Origin: a virus
Taxonomy: Duplodnaviria; Heunggongvirae; Uroviricota; Caudoviricetes
IMG/VR virus record: IMGVR_UViG_2703718821_000011
Strand: one strand, 5' to 3'
DNA length: 39,324 bases
Under the pieces are notes generated by a model, which saw only the letters and a list, made by a program, of their open reading frames with translations, was not told the DNA's origin and did not search any database. A program made the position numbers and the translations under genes. This document shows, in pieces, positions 17,731 to 27,638 of the stretch. How positions within the stretch are numbered: the stretch's first letter is position 1; every line of letters starts with the position of its first letter.

Positions 17731-18146
17731 ATGAAGCCCTTCTGGTTGCGCCCGAATACCGCTGCATCAGACTGAACCTGTGGTAAATCCCCGGATTCAG
17801 GGGCCGCTCCGTTCGTATCCACACCTACCGGCACATTGCCGTTCATGACATCTTTCAGCCAGGCCAGCGCCTCACGGTAACGGTCACGCGCCTGATCTGA
17901 GGCTCGCTGATCGCACAGGTAATAAAAGGCAATCGCGCAACAGTGCTGAACAAGAACGGCCGGAATAACCTCCAGCGGCAGCGTGTAACGGGCGGACAGA
18001 TAGCTGTCGATAAGGGCTGACGCATCTGTCAGCGCCCGGTTCAGCTTGCGCGTATCCGGCTCATCCGAACGGGGCACAGCCAGTAACGGCCTGAGCAAAT
18101 CCTCGCGGTAACGCGCCCGCATATCGGTTTCAGTGGCGTAATTCAT
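17727..18146 (-). CDS. Mu gp36-like head completion protein
   Basis: 139 aa; Mu synteny. Confidence 0.55.
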   Translation of the reverse strand: MNYATETDMRARYREDLLRPLLAVPRSDEPDTRKLNRALTDASALIDSYLSARYTLPLEVIPAVLVQHCCAIAFYYLCDQRASDQARDRYREALAWLKDVMNGNVPVGVDTNGAAPESGDLPQVQSDAAVFGRNQKGFI

Positions 18147-18511
18147 GCACGGGCCTGTTTCGCTTTGTTACCGGTCTTTTTCCAGGGAGCATCCTGTCCG
18201 GCTTCGGCTTCGGCTTCGGCTTCGGCTTCGGCTAAATCTGTACCGGCCACTGCATGAACCACACCCGCCACGCTCCCCGCATCATCAGCAGACGTCTGTA
18301 GTATTCGCACAGTGAGGCATGGCTCCGCCTCCAGTCGGGCAAGCTGCTCCGGGGTGACCTCAACCTGCTGACGTCCACGCGTGAACAGAAACCCCGCACG
18401 ACGAAACGCCGAACGACTGCAACGCACTTCTGCCAGCACCGTGACAGAATTGTCACCACTGACCTGAAGACCTGAATCATCTGTTGCTGCCACAGTGTGA
18501 TGTTCATTCAT
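18143..18511 (-). CDS. Mu gp35-like protein carrying an internal (Ala-Glu)n repeat
   Basis: 122 aa directly downstream of the major capsid gene; contains AEAEAEAEAEA encoded by a tandem hexanucleotide repeat. Confidence 0.5.
   Translation of the reverse strand: MNEHHTVAATDDSGLQVSGDNSVTVLAEVRCSRSAFRRAGFLFTRGRQQVEVTPEQLARLEAEPCLTVRILQTSADDAGSVAGVVHAVAGTDLAEAEAEAEAEAGQDAPWKKTGNKAKQARA
18201..18233. repeat. Tandem hexanucleotide repeat (GCTTCG)x5 plus partial unit, in frame within the gp35-like gene
   Basis: Read directly: gcttcg repeated five times with a trailing gct. Confidence 0.9.
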
Positions 18512-18554
18512 ATTTGCCCTCCGCAGGGGCCGGGCCGCAAGCCCGGCTCACCGT

Positions 18555-19502
18555 TTACAGATAATCCGCGACAACCAGCTCCAGCTTGCCCTTCATCTCG
18601 TTAGAGACGGTTGCGTTTCCGTCTGCGAACAGTTCACGCTCCAGCAGCTGCACCGCCTGTTTTTCCAGCGAGGTGGGGACAACAATATGGGTGGGTTTAA
18701 TGCCGAGTTTGCGGCCACCGTCAGCGGTAAATTCGCGCATGGCTGACCAGCCGTGCCACAGTGCATCCAGCGTCAGCGGTGACTGCATCATGTAGGCCAT
18801 CTGCCAGAAGCCGTAGCCCACATTGCGACGGGCGGATGCACCAAACACAAATTCGTTATCGGTGAATGCGCGACCTTCATCGACTTTGGTCTGGGCAACC
18901 AGTTCAGCCTTACGGCGATCCTGATAAATCAGCGGTTTTACCGCGCGGGAGCAGTCAAGCAGATACCAGGCCGGACCGCTGTAATCAGCCTGTGCGCCGA
19001 CAGAGCCGGTTTTTGCCACAAACATATTGCTGACCATCTGCGCATCCCCGGAGCCATCCACTTTGGGGTAAACCGGATGTTCGGTATCAAAGAAGTTCTG
19101 ACCGTCATAGCAGGCCGCACTGATCCCGTCACGCAGGGCAGCAAAGACCAGCTCATCCGGTTGTACCGCCGCAGCGCGCCCCATCTCCTGGAACAACGGG
19201 GAATAAATACCGAGGTTGTCGTCTTCGAAGTCATCGCGGCTAATGGCGACAGTGCCTTCAAAAGTTTTGTTCACGATGGCATAGCCATAGGCTTTCATCT
19301 TCTCGATGACGCGGGAGCCGATCCACTCACGGAACTGCGGGAACTGCCCCAGCCAGCCGTAGGTGTTGGATTTCGATGTGGAGGGCACGGTCATCGCAAT
19401 TTTTTTGTACTGCGACGGGGCCATGGACATCCCGGCCTGAAAATCAGAACGGTAGCCCGTCATCAGGGCGGTGATCATCGCCGGTGTAATCGGGGTAGGC
19501 AT
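18555..19502 (-). CDS. Major capsid protein (Mu gp34, T)
   Basis: 315 aa immediately downstream of the protease/scaffold gene; size and position match Mu T. Confidence 0.8.
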   Translation of the reverse strand: MPTPITPAMITALMTGYRSDFQAGMSMAPSQYKKIAMTVPSTSKSNTYGWLGQFPQFREWIGSRVIEKMKAYGYAIVNKTFEGTVAISRDDFEDDNLGIYSPLFQEMGRAAAVQPDELVFAALRDGISAACYDGQNFFDTEHPVYPKVDGSGDAQMVSNMFVAKTGSVGAQADYSGPAWYLLDCSRAVKPLIYQDRRKAELVAQTKVDEGRAFTDNEFVFGASARRNVGYGFWQMAYMMQSPLTLDALWHGWSAMREFTADGGRKLGIKPTHIVVPTSLEKQAVQLLERELFADGNATVSNEMKGKLELVVADYL

Positions 19503-20626
19503 TATTGCATTTCCTCTTTCATTTTCAGGAACTCGGCTTCGGTTTTACCCAGCAGTTTGGCGGCCGCGATATCTTCAGCCGACAGCACAGCGGTGGCAGT
19601 CTTTTTATCCGGCACGGTCACGGTGTCGGTCTGAAGGCCGGTCAGGGCCGCAACCGGCTGGCGGGCGTCAAGCTGTGCAGAAAGTGCCGCCACGCCAATC
19701 TGCCCGCCCAGTTGTTCCAGATAGCCGCGTTCACTTTTGAAGATGCGTCCTTCGGACTCGGCCTTGTCCAGCAACTGCTCCAGCGTGGTGCTGCCGTGCT
19801 GCGCCGACAGCGCAACGTATTCGGTACGCAGGGCGTTATACGTTTCAACGGGCACGTATTTCGTCAGATCAATACTGCCGCCAGCCGGTGTGCCTTTTGC
19901 GGTTTCCAGCTCTGCCGACAGACTGGCGACCTGTGTTTTCAGGTTGTCGTGTGCATCCGCACGGGTTTTGATCCCGGTGAGGGCAGACAGCGCCGCCGTG
20001 CCCAGCTCCGGCGTAAATTCGTCACCGTCAGCCACGGTCAGACCGAGCGCCGTCAGCAACTGGCGTAATTGCTCATTCATGGAGGTATCCTTTAAAGGAG
20101 GGTTTAAGGCGTTATAAAGGTCATCCGCCGACAGTGCGGCGACAGGATTCATGCCGGTCAGACCGGGGTCACCGGTAATAGCCAGCATCCGAAGTTCGAC
20201 AGGTTCGCCGGTGCTCTCGTCATAGCCAATCACCGGTGAAAACCAGGGGAATTCGTTATTACGCAGATGTTCAAGGGCCGGAGGGTTCCACTTCGGGCGC
20301 ACCTCGAAACCTCGCTCTTCACTGAAGCGAAAATTCTCCGGTGAGGCCATCACAAAACCGGCAGCCGGTGCCGGATGTCCCTCAATCAGGGTCTGGTGGT
20401 TGTAGTCAATTTTCACCGGCTGATTGAGCGCCACAACACGGGAGACCATGCGCTCAACGGCTGCATGGTTGATCAGCCAGCCCTCGGCCGGTTTTTCCGG
20501 GCGACCGTCACGGGCCTTTACCCGACCGGCTGGCATGATCTGACACCAGTCACCGTCCCCGTCTGCGGACAGGCTGATGGCATTCAGAATGGCATAAGCA
20601 AGTTTGGGCGTGTTTTTCGTCTTCAT
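19502..20626 (-). CDS. Head maturation protease / scaffold (Mu gp32, I; a nested scaffold Z-like product is possible)
   Basis: 374 aa, Ala-rich coiled-coil C-terminal half, directly upstream of the capsid gene. Confidence 0.75.
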   Translation of the reverse strand: MKTKNTPKLAYAILNAISLSADGDGDWCQIMPAGRVKARDGRPEKPAEGWLINHAAVERMVSRVVALNQPVKIDYNHQTLIEGHPAPAAGFVMASPENFRFSEERGFEVRPKWNPPALEHLRNNEFPWFSPVIGYDESTGEPVELRMLAITGDPGLTGMNPVAALSADDLYNALNPPLKDTSMNEQLRQLLTALGLTVADGDEFTPELGTAALSALTGIKTRADAHDNLKTQVASLSAELETAKGTPAGGSIDLTKYVPVETYNALRTEYVALSAQHGSTTLEQLLDKAESEGRIFKSERGYLEQLGGQIGVAALSAQLDARQPVAALTGLQTDTVTVPDKKTATAVLSAEDIAAAKLLGKTEAEFLKMKEEMQ

Positions 20627-20802
20627 TCCGGCAGCATAGGCCGGGAATTTTCAGGGCGGGTTTTGCGGGATTTCAGGAAGTGCTTTCAGGGGAAAAATAC
20701 AAAGGCGCTTCACGCAGATTTTAAAGCCCGTTAAATTCAGGTTAGAAAATCACGACACGCGCCTGAAGGGGGTAAGGTAATGCATTTGCATACCTTAAAC
20801 AA
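20627..20802 (-). promoter_or_regulatory. Intergenic region upstream of the protease gene with a TAAGGTA-N11-TACCTTA inverted repeat; candidate late (C-dependent) promoter
   Basis: 176-bp non-coding gap in an otherwise tightly packed late region; Mu has a late promoter upstream of I. Confidence 0.3.
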
Positions 20803-21276
20803 TTAAGGCGTTTCTGTGGCCTTTTTAAAGCGTTTTCTGATTTCGTCCATGATCTCCTGCTCTGCCACCTGATCAAAGCCCATATACGGACGTGCACCAA
20901 TGGCCGCCGGTCCAGGCGGCATACCTGGCAGGCCCCCCCACTGATGAATGGCCGCATAAGGCTCATTTGATCCAATCAGCGCCCAGGTATCGCCATAATC
21001 CGTGGTCAGGCGTCGGGCCAGATCGCCGTTCAGCGTCAGGATTTTGCCGGGCATGTATCCCTTACGGGTACGCCACTTGCGGTAAGGATCTGACCAGTCA
21101 TGCCAGCGTTCGCCGTCCGGCTCTTTTTCCTGTTCAAACGCCATTTCTGACGATGACAGAAGGCTGGACGCCACACTGCGGGTCAGGTCTTTTCCACCAC
21201 CCACAAACTGAAGCCGGGCAAAGACCCGCTGGAGACGCGTAACGTCAACAACGACAGCGGCATCAATGGATGACAT
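20803..21276 (-). CDS. Virion morphogenesis protein (Mu gp31, G)
   Basis: 157 aa between the F-like gene and the protease gene. Confidence 0.65.
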   Translation of the reverse strand: MSSIDAAVVVDVTRLQRVFARLQFVGGGKDLTRSVASSLLSSSEMAFEQEKEPDGERWHDWSDPYRKWRTRKGYMPGKILTLNGDLARRLTTDYGDTWALIGSNEPYAAIHQWGGLPGMPPGPAAIGARPYMGFDQVAEQEIMDEIRKRFKKATETP

Positions 21277-21397
21277 ATTGCCTCCGCATAAAGGATGAAT
21301 ATAAAATAAACAGGCGGTCAGTGTACGCTTAACTGGTAAAGTCGGTGCCTGCCTCCGGGTGGATCATGTATGCGGGTTCGACCCCCGCCACTGACCG

Positions 21398-22729
21398 TTA
21401 ATCAATATCTCCTTCCAGTACCTCAAGCATTCCGCCCCGGATATCCGATTTCAGCTTATCCATATTGATAACCCGGTAAGCATTAACAATCACATCCAGT
21501 TTATCCGGCTGACGCTTCAGGCTGTACGGTGCATTAACGGCAATCTGCACACTGCCATCCTGATTTTCCACGATATACATCAGATTGTTGTGCCGTTTGT
21601 CCCACAGTACCGCTTTTGGCCTTGCCAGCATTGCCGGTAAGCGCCCGAAATCCTCCGGCGTCAGGGCGATACCGTCATTCTGATGTTTCATGCTGTCCGC
21701 ATGGAGCACATTTTTACCGCTCATCGCCAGCAGGCGGGCCGGTGGCGTTCCCGTCCGGCTTTCCACCGCCTGCGCAATGCTTTCGGTCATAAAGCCCAGC
21801 GTGCGGATATCGTTACCGCCTCGCCGGGTTTTCATGATGTTTTTTGCCCAGATGCGGAACGCCAGTTGCCGCTCCGGGCTGTTGTTCATCTCCTGAACCA
21901 CCATTTCCCGCAGCGCCGGGCTTTTCACCTCGATCAGTTTACGGATCAGCGCCTGGTCTGTGCCGAACGCCGCCGAACCGGGGTTATATGACCAGCCCAC
22001 ATCCGGTGTCATGGTTCTGGTGCCATCTGAATATGTGGTCACCGGCATTTCTCTGACTTCCCCGGTCTGCTTATCCACGCCAGCCTCAACATTGCGGGTG
22101 GAGAGATGATCCTGACCGGATGAAACGGATAACCCCATCGCATCCAGACGGGCCTGAGACAATGGCCGGACACGGCAGCGACAGTTCCAGCCATTGGGCG
22201 GGTAGTGTGTATTCCAGAACGGATCGTCATAGCGGAATACCAGACCGTTAAGGGCGGAATGCGCCGGGCGGGTGCGGCTGTCCATCACCGCCACATACTG
22301 CCAGAACGGATGCGTGTCCGTGTTGTTCATCATCTGCGTGTAACGCCCGGCATTGTAAGCCACACGGGTGTTCACGTTGTAAATCAGCGCCAGACGGCGG
22401 GGACTGCCCAGCTGCACTTCTTCCGCGTTACCGGCACTGTCCACCACAATCTGTTTTCCCCACCATCCCAGCTTTTGCAGGCGGGGTGTCAGTGTGCGGA
22501 TAAATGCTTTCTGTGAAATCCCCTCATCAACAGCACGCTGCACTTCCGCCTGTAGTGTGGTCAGTACGTCCAGGCGTGCCACTTTTGCCGCCGTGAATGA
22601 ACGGGCATGAACATCTGCGTTTGTTTCGAACCAGTTCCAGCTGATATGCGCCCCTTTGGCGCGGAAGTATGCCACCGCCTCTTTTGAGGGAAGCGTGGCG
22701 GCATAACCTAAATCAATCCCCTGTGCCAT
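21398..22729 (-). CDS. Head morphogenesis protein (Mu gp30, F)
   Basis: 443 aa immediately downstream of the portal gene. Confidence 0.75.
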   Translation of the reverse strand: MAQGIDLGYAATLPSKEAVAYFRAKGAHISWNWFETNADVHARSFTAAKVARLDVLTTLQAEVQRAVDEGISQKAFIRTLTPRLQKLGWWGKQIVVDSAGNAEEVQLGSPRRLALIYNVNTRVAYNAGRYTQMMNNTDTHPFWQYVAVMDSRTRPAHSALNGLVFRYDDPFWNTHYPPNGWNCRCRVRPLSQARLDAMGLSVSSGQDHLSTRNVEAGVDKQTGEVREMPVTTYSDGTRTMTPDVGWSYNPGSAAFGTDQALIRKLIEVKSPALREMVVQEMNNSPERQLAFRIWAKNIMKTRRGGNDIRTLGFMTESIAQAVESRTGTPPARLLAMSGKNVLHADSMKHQNDGIALTPEDFGRLPAMLARPKAVLWDKRHNNLMYIVENQDGSVQIAVNAPYSLKRQPDKLDVIVNAYRVINMDKLKSDIRGGMLEVLEGDID

Positions 22730-24311
22730 CCAGCATCCCCTTCATTTCCGCAGCAAACATGGCATCACTGAGCAGCGTCATCAGGCGGGAATCATCCATT
22801 TCACGGTAAAGGGCAGGCAGGTCTGCCAGTGCCTCCGCCAGCCCCCGCGTTCTGATGGCTTCAATGACCGGCTCCAGTACCGGGTCGATGGCCTCCTGTA
22901 ACCGGCGGGCAGGCACCGCATCCCCCATGTCGTCCAGTTCATCTCGGGGGCTGCTCTTCGCTTCCGGCAGTCTGGCAGCCAGCGCTGTCTGCTCTGTCTT
23001 CTCCTGTTTTTCCGGTGGCATCTCTTTGTCTGTCTGAGCAGGTTCATTGCCACTCTGACGGACACGGAAGATGGCTTCACCGGGGGCAGGCTGTGGAATA
23101 CCGGTCTGCTCCCGTACCCAGGGATCAGGAATATCCATCCCCGTACTGAGCTGCATCACCGCACTGGTGATTTTGGTGATATCCCCCGGCTCTTTTGTCT
23201 GGAAACAGATACGCGGCAGGCGACGGATATCAATGGCGTGGGCGGTGTTCAGGGCATACAGCGGATACACCAGATCGCGGTTCAGCGTGGCGGCCAGCTG
23301 GCGTAAATCAGAATCCCTGATTTCCCGGCGCACCTCGTTATGCACTTCACCCAGCGAGCGCGCGCCTTTGTCTCCGGCTTCCGTGGTCAGCGTGCCGCCG
23401 AGTATTGCTTTGGAGATGGAACGCTCCCCCCACGAAATCATGGTTTCAAACGGATCGGCCTGACCGTTCGCGGCTGCCTGAAACTCCAGCGACATCCCGG
23501 CCGGGATGATCCCGCCTGTACGTCGCCCGATATCCATCACCGCCCGCATCAGGGCGCTTTTCTGCTCCGGTGTTGCCCCGGACGGGTATTTACCGACCTT
23601 CATCGGCAGGCCGTACACCTCCAGAAATTCAGCCAGATCGCGCACGGAATAGTTTTTGAAAATGAACGGCCAGATAAGCGTTCTGACAAGCCCTGTTGCG
23701 CCGCCGTAACCGGTGCGTGAACGTGACTGATGCACTATCCAGCCAAAGGGCTGAAACGCCACCCCGGCATGGCTGCCGTCACGCAGCCGCAGTTCGCTCA
23801 AATCATCCGGGTTAAGGCAGAAATGCCCGCTGTCACGCCAGCGGATGGCGCGGATGATGTGCATTTTACCGAGCATCCCGTGCTCAATCTCCATGCAGGA
23901 ATAGCCTTTCAGGATGGCATCGGTGGCATCAAACAGCATGGCATCAAACCAGTCGGCGGAATGCAGGTATTCGTCGAGCATTTCCGCGTCCTTTTTCTCA
24001 TTCGCGCTGGCGTTCGGGGGCGGCTCAATACTCCAGGGCACCCCCTGAATGGCAAGACGTCGCTTGCCCAGCTCTGCAAAAAGATGGGTATCCTTTTCTT
24101 CAATGTCAGCGGCCAGATCGGACTGGGCAATCAGATCGCCACGTTCAGCCCCGCGAAGGCACTGTGCCGCCCGGTTCGGGGTGATACCCGAGGCCGGATG
24201 TTCAATATAACGGCTGGCAATCTGCGGAATATCCAGCGCGGCACTCTGCATCTCCGGGTCAAAGGAGAAAGGTTTTCCGTCAAGATCAATTATACGTCCC
24301 ACTACCAGCAC
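22713..24311 (-). CDS. Portal protein (Mu gp29, H)
   Basis: 532 aa immediately downstream of the large terminase gene. Confidence 0.8.
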   Translation of the reverse strand: MLVVGRIIDLDGKPFSFDPEMQSAALDIPQIASRYIEHPASGITPNRAAQCLRGAERGDLIAQSDLAADIEEKDTHLFAELGKRRLAIQGVPWSIEPPPNASANEKKDAEMLDEYLHSADWFDAMLFDATDAILKGYSCMEIEHGMLGKMHIIRAIRWRDSGHFCLNPDDLSELRLRDGSHAGVAFQPFGWIVHQSRSRTGYGGATGLVRTLIWPFIFKNYSVRDLAEFLEVYGLPMKVGKYPSGATPEQKSALMRAVMDIGRRTGGIIPAGMSLEFQAAANGQADPFETMISWGERSISKAILGGTLTTEAGDKGARSLGEVHNEVRREIRDSDLRQLAATLNRDLVYPLYALNTAHAIDIRRLPRICFQTKEPGDITKITSAVMQLSTGMDIPDPWVREQTGIPQPAPGEAIFRVRQSGNEPAQTDKEMPPEKQEKTEQTALAARLPEAKSSPRDELDDMGDAVPARRLQEAIDPVLEPVIEAIRTRGLAEALADLPALYREMDDSRLMTLLSDAMFAAEMKGMLDGTGD

Positions 24312-25966
24312 CCCCGATCAAATTCATGATATGCCTCATCGTCATCACGATAACCGCCCTCCATGGCCCGCGACCGCTCCGGCAGCGCCTGACAGGCTGA
24401 TTCATCCAGGATGAAGCCCTCCATGTATGACGCCCGGTTTGCCATACAGAGCGCCACGGCAAAATCGCCATGGCGGCGGGCGTTCACAGCCGTTGCGTTC
24501 TGGTCCTTCGTACGCCCCTTGTCAATTTGCGGGATACCGTTCACCACCTTCACATGGCGCAAATCATCAAGCGTGGTCTGATGGCGGGCGACGAGGATAT
24601 TCTGATCCTCAAACTCGGCCTTCAGTTTTGGCATCCACTCGCAGTACCACTTCGGCGATAACATCACGCAGTCGATGATGTCCGGGCCAAAGGCCAGCAG
24701 CGCGGCTTCGGCCAGATAGCCGCCGTTACCGGTGGCGTCGAACGCCGCACCGACCAGCGCCGGAACGCGGGTCAGGATGTACATCATCACCTGCTCCTGC
24801 TGGGCATACGGCAGGTTGCGCAGCTCCACGCGAAACACCTCGCGTTTTGCCAGGGATTCAGTGATTTCCAGCAGCACAAAACAGGACAGGTCTCCGGTGC
24901 GGGCAAAGTCTTCCCCGAAGCTGAAGCGGGAACGGGAATTTAACGCCTCTAAAAGCGGTTTTAAATGTTCTTCACACCAGGTTAAAACCTCCGATTCACG
25001 CAGCCATGCGGCACGGCTGATGAAGTCGTCCGGGGCTTCAAACGTCAGAATCGGGATGTCGCGGATCATCGCCATTTCAATAAGCGCGTGAGGAATATAG
25101 GCACCGCCGGATTTTTTCGGGATACAGCCGTATTCCTCGTCGGCATCCTCACGGGTCGGGGCGTTTTTGTAGAGATCATCACGCCACTTCTGCTCGCTTT
25201 CCGGTGACCATTCGCGGCCGGTGACATAACAGATACGACGGTACAGCCCGTCCGCAATGGCATCATCCAGGGTAATGCGGTGGACGCTGTAATCCTTGCG
25301 CCCTTCGCGGGCTTCCTGAATGTACTGATTAAACAGATTATCGACGCCGTTATGCGTGGAGATAATACGCACGCGCGCGCCCCACATGGTAAGCGCCATT
25401 GCCGCCTTGAGAAGCTCATCCAGTGACTCGTGGAACGCGGCTTCATCAATCACCACATCCCCCTGAAGGCCGCGCAGGTTTGACGGACGGGAAGACAGTG
25501 CCTGAATTTTGAATCCACTGTTCGGAAAGCGGATCATGTAGGTCAGAATTTCTTCTTTTTTATCCCGATCCCAGAAGGTCTGCTCATACACATCAGCATC
25601 TGCCAGCTGGTTAAAGGCACGGGAGAACAGTGCGCAGGCAGAAATATATTCCAGCGCCATCTCCTGCTTTGACCCCACATAAAACACATTGCGGCCACCA
25701 CGCCGCTTAGGCTTTGCGGCGGTAATGACGTTACGCCCGGCTTCCGCCCAGGTAAGCCCGGTGCGGCGGGATTTTTCCGCGATGCAGACCTCGCTTTCAT
25801 CCTCAAACCAGCGGGCCTGATAATCCAGAAATACCGGCATATCACCGGGCAAATCAAGGCTGTCCGGCACATCCACGCCCAGCAGGGCTTTTTCACCGGC
25901 CAGATCAATTTTGCGGGTGGAGACGGTATTCGTCAGTAAGGGGGAGAGTTCTTCGGCGTTATTCAT
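24302..25966 (-). CDS. Terminase large subunit (Mu gp28)
   Basis: 554 aa, position between small terminase and portal genes; acidic nuclease-type motifs in the C-terminal half. Confidence 0.8.
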   Translation of the reverse strand: MNNAEELSPLLTNTVSTRKIDLAGEKALLGVDVPDSLDLPGDMPVFLDYQARWFEDESEVCIAEKSRRTGLTWAEAGRNVITAAKPKRRGGRNVFYVGSKQEMALEYISACALFSRAFNQLADADVYEQTFWDRDKKEEILTYMIRFPNSGFKIQALSSRPSNLRGLQGDVVIDEAAFHESLDELLKAAMALTMWGARVRIISTHNGVDNLFNQYIQEAREGRKDYSVHRITLDDAIADGLYRRICYVTGREWSPESEQKWRDDLYKNAPTREDADEEYGCIPKKSGGAYIPHALIEMAMIRDIPILTFEAPDDFISRAAWLRESEVLTWCEEHLKPLLEALNSRSRFSFGEDFARTGDLSCFVLLEITESLAKREVFRVELRNLPYAQQEQVMMYILTRVPALVGAAFDATGNGGYLAEAALLAFGPDIIDCVMLSPKWYCEWMPKLKAEFEDQNILVARHQTTLDDLRHVKVVNGIPQIDKGRTKDQNATAVNARRHGDFAVALCMANRASYMEGFILDESACQALPERSRAMEGGYRDDDEAYHEFDRGCW

Positions 25967-26547
25967 CAGGCTTTACCCAACAGAATCCCCTTAATACGGG
26001 ACTCAAGCTGTTCACTCATCCCGTCCACGCCGCGCAGCTCGTCGGTGACGGCGTTTGCCATCTCTTCAGCAAATGCGGCCCGGATTTCTTTTTCACGCTT
26101 AATGCTGCGCTCGGCGGCACTTTCCGCACGCTGTGCTGACAGGAGGATGTCCTTAATAAGACGCATATCCACGTCGCTGTCACTGTTCAGGGATTCGGTC
26201 GCGGCACGCAGACGGCGGTACATCAGGGCGCGGGACATCTCCAGGATCAATGCAGTGGTTTCACCGGTTGGCTTGTCCCCCAGTTCGGCCATCATGGCTT
26301 TTGTCTGCTCGCGTAAATCACGCAGGTTACGGGCAATCAGCTCATTACGGGAGGCTTCCCGGCTGATGGCCGCCGGTGAAAGCTGCTGCTCTTCCGGCAG
26401 GCCCGCCTCACGGATCAGACGGTTGATTTCCTCGCGTATCTGGACCTGCGTCAGACGTTTTTCACGCAGCATTTCCAGCAGTGGCTTACGGATGCTGTCG
26501 GGGAGCAAATCCACCTTGCGCACGCGTCCACGCGTCGGCTTGTCCAT
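25966..26547 (-). CDS. Terminase small subunit-like (Mu gp27)
   Basis: 193 aa, highly charged helical protein directly upstream of the large terminase gene. Confidence 0.6.
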   Translation of the reverse strand: MDKPTRGRVRKVDLLPDSIRKPLLEMLREKRLTQVQIREEINRLIREAGLPEEQQLSPAAISREASRNELIARNLRDLREQTKAMMAELGDKPTGETTALILEMSRALMYRRLRAATESLNSDSDVDMRLIKDILLSAQRAESAAERSIKREKEIRAAFAEEMANAVTDELRGVDGMSEQLESRIKGILLGKA

Positions 26548-26549
26548 CG

Positions 26550-26840
26550 TTACCCCCTTGCGCGTGGTTTCTTCACACCCGGAACGCTGGCGCGGCCTTC
26601 CGCCACATCCTGCCCCCGGCCGGTCAGTTCCGCGATGAAATAACCGTTAATCAGAACGCGTTTGCGCACCAGTCCCTGCTCGGCAAGCCAGGCAATGTGG
26701 GTGTGAACGGTGTCGCGGGACACGCGGTGGCCGTAATCATCCAGACAGTCCTGGAGCACGGATTCACCCAGTTCACCGTTGTAATCTGCCAGCGACCGCA
26801 GAATGACCAGACGCTGATCTTCAGTAATGAAATTACTCAT
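26550..26840 (-). CDS. Mu gp26-like small protein, possible winged-helix DNA-binding
   Basis: 96 aa; Mu synteny. Confidence 0.45.
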   Translation of the reverse strand: MSNFITEDQRLVILRSLADYNGELGESVLQDCLDDYGHRVSRDTVHTHIAWLAEQGLVRKRVLINGYFIAELTGRGQDVAEGRASVPGVKKPRARG

Positions 26841-27144
26841 TCGTTTTTTTCCTTACCGCCTGCTCCAGCAGCAGTTCGTTCTGATAGGAGACAGAGCGGA
26901 GCGTGGCGTTCGTGGTTTTCAGTTCACCCCGCAGGGTCACGATTTCCACATTCAGACGGTTGACCTCAGCTTCTGTCGGCAGTGACGACAGGCGGGTTTC
27001 CACCTTCTCAACGCGGTCGGAGAGTTTTTCAAAGGCCTCGCGGGGGACAAACGTTTTGCGCATCAGCGCCATGAATATCCCGCCAGCGGTTGCCGTCGCC
27101 GAAAGGATCGGCACAACATAATCTTTAACGATGCTGACCCACAT
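26833..27144 (-). CDS. Mu gp25-like membrane protein (single TM helix plus coiled coil; possible lysis accessory/releasin-like)
   Basis: N-terminal hydrophobic segment VVPILSATATAGGIFMALM followed by coiled-coil-like sequence; lies in the lysis-proximal block. Confidence 0.4.
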   Translation of the reverse strand: MWVSIVKDYVVPILSATATAGGIFMALMRKTFVPREAFEKLSDRVEKVETRLSSLPTEAEVNRLNVEIVTLRGELKTTNATLRSVSYQNELLLEQAVRKKTNE

Positions 27145-27352
27145 GACGGGCCTCCATGATGTTCTGGCAGTTCACACAACGGATGGCATCCGGCACAGCA
27201 ACAAGACGTGCGGCGGGGATCTCTCCGCCACAGTCCGCGCAGACACGTCTGCCCGGAGCATCCATTGCCCGGCGCTTACGTGTCAGCCGGTTACAAAGGG
27301 CGCGTTCTGATCCCCGCTCCATCACAGCCTGAGCACGATCTGAATCATCCAT
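27125..27352 (-). CDS. DksA/TraR-family C4 zinc-finger protein
   Basis: CADCGGEIPAARLVAVPDAIRCVNCQ four-Cys motif with the surrounding TraR/DksA pattern; start taken at the internal MDDSDRAQ. Confidence 0.7.
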   Translation of the reverse strand: MDDSDRAQAVMERGSERALCNRLTRKRRAMDAPGRRVCADCGGEIPAARLVAVPDAIRCVNCQNIMEARHVGQHR

Positions 27353-27362
27353 ACCTTTTTCC

Positions 27363-27638
27363 TTACTTCGTCTTTCCTGCCGGAACAGCAGGCGTTCCGG
27401 CCATATCAGTAAATTCATGTTGTCGCCGCGCCTCCAGACGACGAATACTGGCCTTGTCCACGTTGCAGTTCTTGATCACCGCCAGCAGTTGCAGGTTGTA
27501 AGTGACCGATGCCCCAAACGTGAACGGCTCCGGCACAGGAGGGACCAGGCAGTCAGCCAGCCATTCAGCGGGGATCGGCACCGGCTTCACAGGCACGTAT
27601 TTCACAGACGGCCCGGCGCACCCGATCAGCCACATCAT
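27363..27638 (-). CDS. Outer-membrane spanin (Rz1-like lipoprotein) embedded out of frame in the inner spanin gene
   Basis: Lipobox LIGC followed by Pro-rich sequence (KYVPVKPVPIPAEW...PPVPEP); overlaps the Rz-like ORF in a different frame. Confidence 0.6.
   Translation of the reverse strand: MMWLIGCAGPSVKYVPVKPVPIPAEWLADCLVPPVPEPFTFGASVTYNLQLLAVIKNCNVDKASIRRLEARRQHEFTDMAGTPAVPAGKTK

Noticed and set aside
19505-20068. 187-aa plus-strand ORF across the protease/scaffold gene
   Set aside because: Antisense frame, Arg/Gly-rich; the minus-strand gene fits Mu synteny.
20742-20975. 77-aa minus-strand ORF overlapping the 3' end of the G-like gene
   Set aside because: Out-of-frame overlap with a syntenic gene; Arg/Trp-rich; no ribosome-binding site.
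23730-24329. 199-aa plus-strand ORF across the portal gene
   Set aside because: Antisense frame within a conserved structural gene.
26045-26638. 197-aa plus-strand ORF across the small terminase gene
   Set aside because: Antisense, Arg/Ser-rich low-complexity translation.
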